Shown in pieces: positions 25,179-37,164 of a DNA stretch of 64,000 nt. The DNA comes from Squalus acanthias (taxonomy: Eukaryota). The notes under the pieces are model-generated. The model saw only the letters and a program-made list of their open reading frames with translations, was not told the origin of the DNA and ran no database searches. The DNA is taken from NCBI GenBank assembly GCA_030390025.1, contig CM059432.1, positions 24,182,001 through 24,246,000 of the forward strand. Direction: 5' to 3'. Made by a program: the position numbers and the translations under genes. Numbering within the stretch: the stretch's first letter is position 1; every line of letters begins with the position of its first letter.

Positions 25179-28100
25179 TCAGTATCCCGTCCCCGCCTTC
25201 TCTCCGTAACCCTTAACCCCTTTTGCCTGTAGAAATATATCTAATTCCCTCTTAAATATATTTAATGAGCTGGCGTACACTGCCCTCTGTGGCAATGAGT
25301 TCCACAGGTTCACCACCCTCTGAGTGAAGAAATTCCCCCTCATTTCTGTCCTAAATGGTTTAGCCCTTATCCTTAAATTATGTCCTCTAGTTCTGTTCTC
25401 ACCCGCCAAGGGAAACATTCCTTCTGCATCTAGTCTGTCTAGACCTGTCAGAATTTTATACACTTCTATGAGGTCCCCTCTCAATCTTCTAAACTCCAGT
25501 GTATACATCCCTAAACTACATAGTCTCTCCTCATAGGTCAATCCCGCCATTCCTGGTATCAGCCTGGTGAATCGCCGCTGCACCCCCTCCATGGCAAGAA
25601 CATCTTTCCTCAGATGAGGCGACCAAAACTGTACACAGTACTCGAGGTGTGGTCTCACCAGTGCCCTGTACAGCTGCAGCAAGGTATCCCTGTTCCTGTA
25701 TTCCAACCCTTTTGCTATGAAGGACAGCATACCGTTTGCCTTCTTGACCGCCTGTTGCACCTGCATGCTCGCCTTCAGTGACTGGTGTACAAGAACACCC
25801 AGGTCTCTCTGTACTTCCCCCTCTCCCAATTTATTGCCATTTAAATAATAATTTGCCCTCCCGTTCCTGCACCCAAGGTGGATAACTTCGCACTTGTCCA
25901 CATTATAGTGCATCTGCCATTTATCCGCCCAATCACCCAGTCTGTCCAAATCGCTCTGGAGCTTCCTGGTCTCCTCCTCTGAGCCCACCCCCCCTCCTAG
26001 TTTAGTGTCGTCTGCAAATTTGGAAATGCTGCATCCGACTCCCTGATCCAGGTCATTAATGTAAATTGTGAACAGCTGGGGACCCAGGACAGATCCCTGT
26101 GGTACCCCACTTGTTACTGCCTGCCATTCAGAAAATGAGCCGTTTATTCCAACTCTCTGTTTTCTATCTGACAGCCAGTTCTCTATCCACGTCAATACTT
26201 TCCCCTTTATCCCATGAGCTTCAATTTTCCATGCTAATCTTTTATGTGGGACCTTATCGAAGGCCTTTTGGAAGTCCAGGTACACCACATCTACTGGCTC
26301 TCCCCCATCTATTTTACCAGTTACTCCCTCAAAAAATTCCAATAGATTAGTCAAGCACGATTTACCCTTTGTAAATCCATGTTGACTCTGTCCTATCCTG
26401 TCCCCATTTGCTAAGTGCTTCGCTATTTCATCCTTAATGATGGACTCCAGCATTTTGCCCACAACTGATGTAAGGCTTACAGGTCTGTAATTACCTGCTT
26501 TTTCCCTACCCCCCTTTTTGAATAGTGGGGTAACATTAGCTACCCTCCAATCCATGGGCACTGTTCCCGAGTCTAATGAATTCTGAAAAATCATACTTAG
26601 TGCATCCGCTATCTCTAGGGCCACCTCCTTCAGTTCCCTAGGATGCATGTTATCAGGCCCTGGGGATTTGTCCGCCTTCAATCCCTTTAGCTTCCTTAAC
26701 ACCATATCCTTAGAGATATTGATTTGCGTCAGTTCCTCCTTTGCCAATGTCCCTATTTTTCCCGATATCCCAGGGAGGTTTTTTGTGTCTTCCTTCGTAA
26801 AGACTGACCCAAAGTATGCATTTAGTTGGTCTGCCATTTCCTTATTTCCCGTTATATATTCCCCCGTATCTGACTGCAATGGACCAACTTTGGTTTTCAC
26901 CAGTCTTTTCCTCTTGATATACTTATAAAAGCTTTTGGAGTTAGTTTTTATATTTTCCGCCAGCTTGCTTTCGTAAGCTATTTTGCCCCTCTTGATTAAG
27001 CCCTTTGTCCTCCTTTGCTCTATCTTAAACTGTTCCCAATCTTCCGCTCTGGCGCTTTTTTTTGGCTATTTTATATGCCCTATCTTTGGATTTTATGCTG
27101 TCTCTAATTTCCCCTGTTATCCACGGTTGAGTCACCTTTTTAGATTTCCTTTTATGCCAGATTGGTATAAACAATTTTTGCAATTTTGTCATTCTATCTT
27201 TAAATGCTTGCCATTGTTTATCTACCTCCAGTCCTCCCAGGAACGTTGTCCAATCAGACCTACTCAGTTCCCGTCTAATGGCATCATAATTCCCCTTGTT
27301 TAAATTCAGGACCTTAGTCTCTGAGTCAATTTCTTCGCTCTCCATTTCGAGTGAGAAATCGATCATGTTATGATCGCTCTGACCCAAGGGTCCATAGATA
27401 CATAGATACATAGAAGATAGGAGCAGGAGTAGGCCATCCGGCCCTTCGAGCCTGCTCCGCCATTTAAGGAGATCATGGCTGATCCTCCAATTCAGTATCC
27501 CGTCCCCGCCTTCTCTCCGTAACCCTTAACCCCTTTTGCCTGTAGAAATACATCTAATTCCCTCTTAAATATATTTAATGAGCTGGCGTACACTGCCCTC
27601 TGTGGCAATGAGTTCCACAGGTTCACCACCCTCTGAGTGAAGAAATTCCCCCTTATTTCTGTCCTAAATGGTTTAGTCCTTATCCTTAAATTATGTCCTC
27701 TAGTTCTGTTCTCACCCGCCAAGGGAAACATTCCTTCTGCATCTAGTCTGTCTAGACCTGTCAGAATTTTATACACTTCTATGAGGTCCCCTCTCAATCT
27801 TCTAAACTCCAGTGTGTACATCCCTAAACTACATAGTCTCTCCTCATAGGTCAATCCCGCCATTCCTGGTATCAGCCTGGTGAATCGCCGCTGCACCCCC
27901 TCCATGGCAAGAACATCTTTCCTCAGATGAGGCGACCAAAACTGTACACAGTACTCGAGGTGTGGTCTCACCAGTGCCCTGTACAGCTGCAGCAAGGTAT
28001 CCCTGTTCCTGTATTCCAACCCTTTTGCTATGAAGGCCAGCATACCGTTTGCCTTCTTGATCGCCTGTTGCACCTGCATGCTCGCCTTCAGTGACTGGTG

Positions 28101-29050
28101 TACAAGAACACCCAGGTCTCTCTGTACTTCCCCCTCTCCCAATTTATTGCCATTTAAATAATAATTTGCCCTCCCGTTCCTGCACCCAAGGTGGATAACT
28201 TCGCACTTGTCCACATTATAGTGCATCTGCCATTTATCCGCCCAATCACCCAGTCTGTCCAAATCGCTCTGGAGCTTCCTGGTCTCCTCCTCTGAGCCCA
28301 CCCCCCCTCCTAGTTTAGTGTCGTCTGCAAATTTGGAAATGCTGCATCCGACTCCCTGATCCAGGTCATTAATGTAAATTGTGAACAGCTGGGCCCCCGT
28401 ACAACAAGATTACTAATTAGTCCCTTCTCATTGCACAGTACCCAGTCCAATATAGCCTGTTCCCGAGTTGGTTCCTCGACATATTGATCCAGATAACGAT
28501 CCCTTAAACACTCAAGGAATTCCTCCTCCTCATTATTTTTACTGATTAGGCTATTCCAATCTATATGTAAGTTAAAGTCACCTATGATGACAGCTGTGCT
28601 CTTATTGCACGCTTCTCTAATTTCCCTCGTGATGCCCTCCCCAACCTCTATTTTACTATTTGGAGGCCTATATACCACTCCTATTCATGTTTTTCGCCCC
28701 TCGCTATTTCTTAGCTCCACCCATATAGATTCTGTATTAACTGAGTTAATATCCTTCCTTTCAATTGCATTTATCCCCTCTTTTACCAGCAATGCTACCC
28801 CTCCTCCCTTTCTTTTTTGTCGATCCTTCCTAAATACTGAATACCCCTGTATGTTAAGCTCCCAGCCCTGCTCACCCTGCAACCATGTTTCCGTAATCCC
28901 AATTAGATCATAATTATTAACCTCTATTTCCACAGCTAATTCATCTACCTTGTTCCTGATGCTTCTCGCATTAAGGTATAAAACCCTCAGGCTTTTTTTA
29001 TGCTCACATTTTTTATGAATTAGTTTGGCCCTTTGTTTTTTGTTCCTCAC
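25179..29050 (-). pseudogene. CR1 ORF2 (APE endonuclease + reverse transcriptase), disrupted
   Basis: YLNARSIRNK, GITETW, VYRPP, GDFN, SDHN; 573-aa open RT segment with YLDFQKAFD and FADDTK; lesions are an in-frame TGA at 28685, a nested insertion at 27394-28390 and a +1 shift in an A-run at 27056-27063. Confidence 0.92.
27394..28390 (-). mobile_element. 5'-truncated CR1 of the same subfamily nested in the APE domain
   Basis: 997 bp nearly identical to 25081-26077 with its own tail; flanked by gggtcc/gggccc. Confidence 0.9.
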
Positions 29051-29159
29051 CCTTTTACCATTTATTTCTGTCTGCCTTTCACTTTCCTCTATTTCACTAC
29101 ATAGGTTTCTAGCCCCCTGCCATACTAGTTTAAATGCTCCCGAACTGCTTTATCAAAAA

Positions 29160-30069
29160 TTACCCGAGAACATCAGTTCCATCTTTGCACAGGTGTAGAC
29201 CGTCCCTTTTGTATAGGTCACACCTACCACAAAACTGGTTCCAATGCCTCAAAAATTTAAAACCCTCCCTCTTACACCACTGCTCAAGCCACGTATTTAG
29301 CCTAACTATCCTGTTCTCTGTACTCTTACTAGCACGTGGCACTGGTAGTAATCCAGAGATTACTACCTTCGAGGTCCTACTTTTTAGCTTGGCTCCTAAC
29401 TCCCTAAATTCTACTTGTAGGACCTCTTCCCTTTTTTTAGCTACGTCGTTGGTACCAACATGTATCACGACAACTGGCTGTTCCCCCTCCCCTTCCAGAA
29501 TGTTCTGCACCCGCGCCGAGACATCCTTGACCCTTGCACCAGGAGGCAACATACCATCCTGGAGTCTTGGTCGCGACCACAGAAACCCCTATCTATTCCC
29601 CTTACAATCGAATCCCCTATTACTATAGCCCTGCCACTCTTTTTCCCTCCCTTCTTTGCAACAGAGCCAGTCATGGTGCCATGAGCCTGGCTGCTGGTGC
29701 CTTCCCCCGATGAGTCATCCCCCCGACAACAGCACCTAAGGCGGTGAACCTGTTGCTAAGGGAGACAACCCCAGGGGATTTCTGCACTACCTTCCTGCCC
29801 TTGCTCTGCCTTTTGGTCACCCATGTACTATCTACGCTGGCCTTAACCTGCGGTGTGACCAACTCACTAAATGTGTTATCCACAACCCTCTCAGAATCGT
29901 GGATGCTCCAAAGTGAGTCCATCCGCAGCTCAAGGGCCGTCATGCGGTCCCACATGAGCTGCAGCTGGACACACTTCCCGCACACATGGTTGTCAGGGAC
30001 ACATGAAGCGTCCCTGATTTCCCACATGTTACAGGAGGAGCATGACACAGGTCCGAGCTCTACTGCCAT
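29160..30069 (-). pseudogene. CR1 ORF1: N-terminal Cys cluster plus SGNH/GDSL esterase-like domain, two frameshifts
   Basis: CSSC...HVCGKC; IVIGDSIVR, IHVGTND and DGLHL blocks across ORFs 29671-30069, 29465-29674 and 29160-29552. Confidence 0.9.
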
Positions 30070-30517
30070 GACTTAACTGTTATATTACTTTTTAATTTTC
30101 TAGTTTTAGTTTATTTATTGACTTTTGTTTTCCCGAAGCTTACTTAGACCAATGTATACTGTACTCCTCTTATTCCTTTTTAAACTAACCAAATCCCACT
30201 AGTTTTAGTTTTACTTTCTAGGAAGGTTTGAGGAAAGTACTTACCAGTTAGTCTTACCTCCCTGGTCTTTCGCTGACTTCCCGGTCTTGTGTCTCCTTGG
30301 TCCTACGCCGACTTCCCGCTCCTCCCGGTAACCGTCCTGCCCTGCTGAAAAGAAACTGAGACCAAAAAATTTGTGACCTCTGTTTTTAGACTGCTAAAAG
30401 ACTAGTAGGTTAGAGGAGGAGGGCGGGTGGGGGTTCCTACTCTGTAGGAACTCGGGTTTAAGCCACCACCCTCCTTAAATGCCGTTCACCTGGGTGCTTC
30501 CCAAATGGTCCGCTTCC

Positions 30518-31288
30518 GGTCTCGTCGCTCCCGACAACAGCCTGTGAAGAAAAGCCCGCGAAAGTGAGTTCAAATACTCACAGCACCTCACAGCACCTCT
30601 GGTCTCGTCGCTCCCGACAACAGCCTGTGAAGAAAAGCCCGCGAAAGTGAGTTCAAATACTCACAGCACCTCACAGCACCTCTGGTCTCGTCGCTCCCGA
30701 CAACAGCCTGTGAAGAAAAGCCCGCGAAAGTGAGTTCAAATACTCACAGCACCTCACAGCACCTCTGGTCTCGTCGCTCCCGACAACAGCCTGTGAAGAA
30801 AAGCCCGCGAAAGTGAGTTCAAATACTCACAGCACCTCACAGCACCTCTGGTCTCATCGCTCCCGACAACAGCCTGTGAAGAAAAGCCCGCGAAAGTGAG
30901 TTCAAATACTCACAGCACCTCACAGCACCTCTGGTCTCGTCGCTCCCGACAACAGCCTGTGAAGAAAAGCCCGCGAAAGTGAGTTCAAATACTCACAGCA
31001 CCTCACAGCACCTCTGGTCTCGTCGCTCCCGACAACAGCCTGTGAAGAAAAGCCCGCGAAAGTGAGTTCAAATACTCACAGCACCTCACAGCACCTCTGG
31101 TCTCGTCGCTCCCGACAACAGCCTGTGAAGAAAAGCCCGCGAAAGTGAGTTCAAATACTCACAGCACCTCACAGCACCTCTGGTCTCGTCGCTCCCGACA
31201 ACAGCCTGTGAAGAAAAGCCCGCGAAAGTGAGTTCAAATACTCACAGCACCTCACAGCACCTCTGGTCTCGTCGCTCCCAACAACAGC
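30518..31288 (-). repeat. Tandem array of 9.3 x 83-bp monomers forming the CR1 5' UTR
   Basis: Units start at 30518, 30601 ... 31265; only two substitutions seen (both CG>CA). Confidence 0.97.
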
Positions 31289-31331
31289 AAAATTGAGGGT
31301 AGGAGAGACTATGAGGTAATTTAGCTAGTGT

Positions 31332-31849
31332 GGGGGAAAAATTCGTTGTCGCCCGGAAAGCAGTCAATGTCCTCGCCAACTGCCGTTAACGGCCGTCCGA
31401 AATGGCCGCAGCGCTAACAAGGTAAATTGGCGTGGGGGGTATGGTGGCAGGTGGCGCAGCGATAAGCTTAGGTGCAACGCCGTCCTGGTGGTGTTGCACG
31501 AGGGACCAATTTGTTGTGCTGGTGCGGCGTTGCTGCTTCCCCGAGCGTCTGTGTGCGAGGCTGTGAAGCTCGCAATGCATTGTGGGCAGTGAGAGCCTGG
31601 CGTGCTTAGGACCCAGCGCTGAATTGAGCGCTAGGGTCGAAGTTCGCATAGGTGACGTTAAGTCGGCGTTGCACGCTGATTGATGTCACCATGCCGCCAT
31701 TTTTTTTTTACAGGGCGCTGCCGGTTACCGGCCGTGCAAAGGGGCCCACGAATATGGCGACTGCCGTGGGGATTGCCTCCAGCAGGCTGCCATTTTTTCA
31801 AGAATCGTTGGCGCTAACAGGGGGCGGTAAGTATATGAATTTCTCGCCC
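31332..31849. mobile_element. Harbinger-type MITE
   Basis: TIR gggggaaaaattcgt / atgaatttctcgccc, similar to the 10552 and 63046 TIRs; TSD not preserved. Confidence 0.65.
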
Positions 31850-31860
31850 TAACAATCTCA

Positions 31861-32341
31861 TTTTTTTAATTCATTCTCGGGATGTGGTCGCCCCTGGCAA
31901 GGCCAGCATTTATTGTCCATCCCTAGTTGCCCTTGAGAAGGTGGTGGTGAGCTTTCTGCTTGAACCGCTGCAGTCCGTGTGCTGAAGGTACTCCCACTGT
32001 GCTGTTAGGGAGGGAGTTCCAGCGTTTTGACTCGGCGACGATGCAGGAATGCCGATATATTTCCAAGTCCGAATGGTGTGGGACTTGAAGGGGTACCTGG
32101 AGGTGGTGATGTTCCCATGTACTTGGTGTCCTTGCCCTTCTAGGTGGTGGAGGTCACAGGTTTGGGAGGTGCTGTTGTAGAAGCCTTGGCGAGTTGCTGC
32201 AGTGCATCCGTATTGTAGTACACGCTGCAGCGCTGGTGTACCGGTCGTAGATGTTTGTAGTGGTTGGGCTGCCGATCCTGCTTTGTCCTGGATGGTGTCA
32301 AGGTTTTTGAGTGTTGTTGCAGCTGCACTCATCCAGGCAAG
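31861..32341 (-). mobile_element. Family B LINE 3' fragment
   Basis: LAWMSAAATTLKNLDTIQDKA; 3' end matches 18214-18720. Confidence 0.85.
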
Positions 32342-32691
32342 CTGCTTGTGCATAATATATGGAACAGCAAAGGCTAAAGGTAGTAAGGAGTTCCATAGTT
32401 TTGCACTTTGGAAAGCAATGAACTGGAATAGTAGACGAGTTGTGGACAAATTATTAGGAGCTGGAATTCCAATTAGGCCATTCGGTTGGTGGAAGTGCAG
32501 CCGAATAAGCCCAAGTCTGTGGATATAAGGATATGCAGATATCGTCCGTCACAAATCTGCATTACCGGGCCACAAAGAATTAGGGTAGATTGATGATTCT
32601 TGGACTACAATATATTACTGACTTTGGAGGTTACTTTCCACACTTTCAATGTTACTTTCTGCACTTTGGAGGTTTGCTCAATCACATCAGG

Positions 32692-33790
32692 ATGGGTGCC
32701 GCTTATGCTGCCTTCGATTGGACCTCAGATGAGGACCAAGGTGACCAGCAATATCACCAGCAGCAGCACCCGCAGCGGTCTGCTGCTCACAGACCTGTAG
32801 CTCCACAGGAGAGAGGGCAGCAGCAGAGTGGGGAGCAGCAGAGAGGCGACTGGTAAAGCGGTGCAGCTCGCAGGAGGCAATACCCACGAAACAGGGTCTA
32901 GAGGCAGAGGCTGATGTCACGTCAGGTGGAGGTAGACATCTGCAGCCTCCAAGAAGAAGACCTGCTGCCTGCTGGACCTGGTGGCCACGTGTTACCAGTG
33001 GGTGTCAAAGTTACCACTGCCTACAACTTCCAGGGCTCTACCACAGACATATCCAGGATCTCCCAGTCGTCCGCCCACAAATGCACAAGAGAGGTGACTG
33101 ATTGCTTGTTTGGCAGGGCTGGCAATTATGTCAACTTTGCCACCGATGATGCCAGTCAGAATGAGGGTTTGCAGCTCTGGCTGGCTTCCCACAGGTGCAG
33201 GGTGTCATTGACTGCACACATGTGACAATCTGGGCACCCTAGATCAACCAGGAGTATTCATCAACGGCAAGGTCTTCCACTCCCTCAATGTGCAGCTGGT
33301 GTCCAACCACAAAAAGATGTTTATGATGGTGTGCGCAAGATTCCCGGGCAGCTGCCATAATGCTTTTGTCCTGCGGCAGTCCAAGCTCCCGATCTCTTTG
33401 GACCTGGAATCAGACTTAAGTGATGGCTACTAGGTGACAAGGGATAGCCACTGCAAATTTGGCTCATGATAACCGTTAGAAACCCGACCACTGAAGCCCA
33501 ACAGCGCTACAATGAATGCCATATCACCACCAGATGTGTGATCCAACAGGCCATCGGCATGCTGAAGATGCACTTCAGGTACCTGGACAGATCATGAGGC
33601 ACCCTTCATTACACACCAGCATCTCCAAAATGGCCATGGTTTGCTGTGCACTGCACAACATTGCACCGCAGCGAGGCTTGGACCTGCAGGAGGAACAAGG
33701 TGAAGAGCTCAGATCCTCTTCGGACGATTTGGAGGCAGAGGAAAAGAGGAGGAGTAGGAGAAGGAGGAGGGTGATGAGGGGAATGCACCC
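32692..33790 (+). pseudogene. PIF/Harbinger DDE transposase (HARBI1-like) pseudogene
   Basis: Fragments [82 protein letters not shown], with stops and frameshifts. Confidence 0.9.
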
Positions 33791-33958
33791 TCAGCTGCCT
33801 GGGATGTGAACCCATGTCACAAGGAAATGCAAACACGACTCTTACTGCTCTCCACCCCTACCCCTACAAATGCTATTGACACAAAGCAGTCCTGCAGCCA
33901 ACCAACTACCCCTTCAACAATCCCCCATTGGTCCTCACAGTCATCATCAACAACTATT

Positions 33959-34725
33959 GGGCCAGAAATTCGGATTGGAGGCTTCCCGCGGGTGCAAGCC
34001 CCCAACCTGCACTTACCTAGCGCGCCTGCCGTTGTGCTCTGGGCCCGTGTGGGATTCCGATACTGGGCCTGCTCCAGCTGCCGGTGTGCAGTGCTTGCGT
34101 ATCCCAGGGGCGCAGTTAGTTCGAAGCATCCCCTGGGATCATGTGGGCCATGGAGAGCCAATCGGAGCAGGGAATCTCCATTCATAGATTTGACAGGAAG
34201 ACCTGTCAAATCTATGAATAGAGATCACCCCCCAAAACCTAACTAAAACTTCAAATACATTTTTAAAAAAACATCACATTTTTAAAATAACTATAAATTA
34301 CACAAATTAACTACTTTAAACAAAAATTAACATTTTTGAAAAAATTAATTACAGTTTATAACGGGGCTAAAAATAAACTTACCTTTCTTTAAAGTATTTG
34401 AAAATAATAAACCTGTGGAAAAAATGTTTTAATTTTAGTTAATTCACCACTTACCTTGTTAAAAGCAGGCCTTGTGCCTGCTTTTTCCCCGCGCAGCTGC
34501 TGGGGACTTACCCTCACACAGAAACCTGAAAAAAAAACCGGAAGTCCGATGCGTGCACGCTGCCTCTCCGGCGCACGCGTTTGACCTCCGAACCCCTTCC
34601 TTCAAAGGAACGGAAGTACCCGTTTCCAGCGCATGCACAGTGCATGCGCGAAACCGACACTTTCGTTGGGTCTACAGGTGAGTACACAGCGCGTACTCAC
34701 CCGTGAAGACCCGAATTTCTGGCCC
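33959..34725. mobile_element. Harbinger-type MITE
   Basis: 15-bp perfect TIR gggccagaaattcgg / ccgaatttctggccc; ATT TSD. Confidence 0.9.
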
Positions 34726-34776
34726 ATTGTGTTTAGCGATCAGGATGCTTGCATATGTGCCATCAACTGCATCCTA

Positions 34777-36546
34777 GGGCTGAATTTTGCCGGCGCTCAG
34801 AGTGCGGGTTTGGAGGCAGGTCCGCTGTCAAAATCACAAAGATTGACAGTAGATTGGTATCCCGCTGTAAACCCGCCTCCTTGTCAGTTTCTCAAGTGTC
34901 AGGTCTGCTATCCCCGAACAGACCCAACACCAAGTGACAGGCCTGCCAATTTAGATAGTTAAAAGCTTATTAAAAGGCAGTTAAGAGCCATTTTCCCATG
35001 TATTTACCATTTTACAAGATTTTCAATGAGGCTATCATGTCAGTTAAGTGTGTCGGGTTCTCAATGACTGTGGATTGCTGTGAATAGGTGAATGCTGCAA
35101 AAGTGTTATAAAACCTACCATTTCACAGATGTTCACTTCCCAATCTTAAAAGCTCGAGCATTAATGATTTGGATCCCACTTTTGAGCTTTATACACTTTT
35201 GAAGTGTTTGGAGTAATCACTCTATCCACTGTCACCTCCTTGGCACAAACTATCTCAATAATGACTGATTACTTCTGTCATCTCAACATCACCTGCCATC
35301 TATTCCATCAGCATCGGTGCCCTTGAAATAATCTCATCTTTGTCCTCAGAATCCTAACAAGATCAGCCCCAATACAAGCAGCACCAGGCACACCAGCAGC
35401 ACCAACATCCACACCAACCTTCTCCGCAATCAACTAAGGCTGCACTGGATACAGGGCATCATCACCCAAGCACATTGCTGCCCAGGACGCCAGCAATGGC
35501 CTCACCATGTCCACTTTTGCTTCACTTAACACTGTACACCCTGGCTAATACATGATGCACCAGGTTGGCACCACCCCACACCAACATCATAAAGCATCCC
35601 TACAATGTTCAAGCCATTCTTTTCACACTCATCACCATTGCGGGGGGTACCGTTATGTCTCACCATTCATTGCAACTCACGAAGCCACTTCCAAAGGTGC
35701 ACACAAATCTGTCCAAGAATGCAAAGTTTTCAAAATAAAGATTTCAATGTTTGACAGCACATTAACAGAAACTTCACATGAACATTGGCTAAACCACCCA
35801 AGTGCCCACCCTTGTTTGTTGTTAGTTGGTATGATTGGACTAGGATGAGGGTGAGTGTGAGGGGTGGTTAGTGAGATGGGGAAGTGATAATGTAGATAGA
35901 GGGCTGGGTAGAGGCGCAAGGTAAGTTGGTTTGAGTAAAGATGTGCAGGAGTAGGGTAGGGAAGGCAGAGTGATGGGGATGTGATGAGTGGCACAGCAGG
36001 ATGAGGTTGAGTGTGGCTTGGCAGTAACATTTCGTGATCTACTGAGATCATTGAAAGGTTTGCACCACTGCAGCCTGGTCCTCCTGACGACATCCCTGCT
36101 TGTGCCCTCCTGTGCAATATACAACCGGGCTGCGTTGGTCTCCTCGTGAGGTGTCATCCGCCCATTGGAAGGGAAGAGGACCTCCCTGTGTGCTGTGACT
36201 CCCTCCATAAGCATATGGAGGGAATCATGGGAGAGCCTGGGTGCAGCCATGCACCTTTGTGCAGTGCTTGTCAGTGTTTGCAGCACCTCAATGCTGTAGA
36301 ACACTGATAGCACAACTGTCAAAATCAATTTGGACATGGTCCCATTGAGGAAACCGGCTGATGACGTGTCATCAAATGATGTCATCAGACCTGCTTCCTA
36401 TTAATTGGCCGGGAACCTCGCACGGCGGGCTTAAGAAGCCCTATTAACGTAAAATCTTGGAGGCCGGGATCGAGACAGATGTGAGGTCCCCACATGCCAC
36501 TACCATTGCCCGCCATGGACCTGCCGAGGTTGTAAAAATACAGCCC
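34777..36546. mobile_element. Non-autonomous PIF/Harbinger element with a Myb/SANT remnant on the minus strand at about 36025-36260 (copy 2)
   Basis: TIR gggctgaatttt / aaaatacagccc; CTA TSD; AAPRLSHDSLHMLMEGVTAHREVLFP...RRTRLQWCKPFNDL. Confidence 0.9.
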
Positions 36547-36834
36547 CTAGATTTTGGGGAATTGTATGAGGCAAAATAATTGTACTGCCCTGTCATTCTG
36601 CTGTTTTTCTTCCCCTGGGGAAAGATGTTTAACCAGATAAACAAAACATCAGTGATCTGTTTGATGCATCGGCGCACGGCTGGTTGACTGCAGCTGTCCC
36701 CTGTGGCAGCCGGGAGGAGCTCAGAGGCATAAAAATTGAAAGCGGTTGTATTCTGCGGTGGAGTCCTTATGATTGAGGTTGTCTGCAGGTCAGCTTACAG
36801 CACAATCTGTAACAGCTTGCGTGGTGAACATTAG

Positions 36835-37130
36835 TCAGAATAAGGGGTCGGCCATTTAGGACTGAGATGAGGAGAAATTTCTTCTCTCAGAGGGTGGTGA
36901 ATCTTTGGAATTCTCTACCCCAGAGGGCTGTGGAGGCTCAGTCGTTATGTATATTCAAGACAGAGATCGATAGATTTTTGAATATTAAGGGAATTAAGGG
37001 ATATGGGGATAGTGCGGGAAGGGGGAGTTGAGTTAGAAGATCGGCCATGATCTTATTAAATGGCGGAGCCGGCTCGAAGGGCCAAATGGCCTACTCCTGC
37101 TCCTATTTCTTATGTTCTTATGTTCTTATG
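36835..37130 (+). mobile_element. CR1 3' fragment
   Basis: FRTEMRRNFFSQRVVNLWNSL; (ttcttatg)n tail. Confidence 0.9.
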
Positions 37131-37164
37131 AAGGCAGCTTCCCATGGCCCTGCAAACATGGCTC

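Larger units (their letters stand above)
25077..31288 (-). mobile_element. Near full-length young CR1 LINE (tandem 5' UTR, ORF1, ORF2, tail)
   Basis: Tail (tctatgta)n at 25077; RT, APE and esterase ORF1 in order; monomer array at the 5' end. Confidence 0.95.

Noticed and set aside
25179..26900. Retron, group II intron or telomerase-type RT system
   Set aside because: RT motifs (FADD), the upstream APE and the octamer tail are standard CR1.
30518..31288. CRISPR-like array
   Set aside because: Units are identical end to end with no unique spacers; no cas genes; eukaryotic LINE context.
32692..33790. Domesticated HARBI1 gene (and NAIF1 for the Myb remnants)
   Set aside because: Multiple stops, deletions and a transposon context indicate dead transposon copies.
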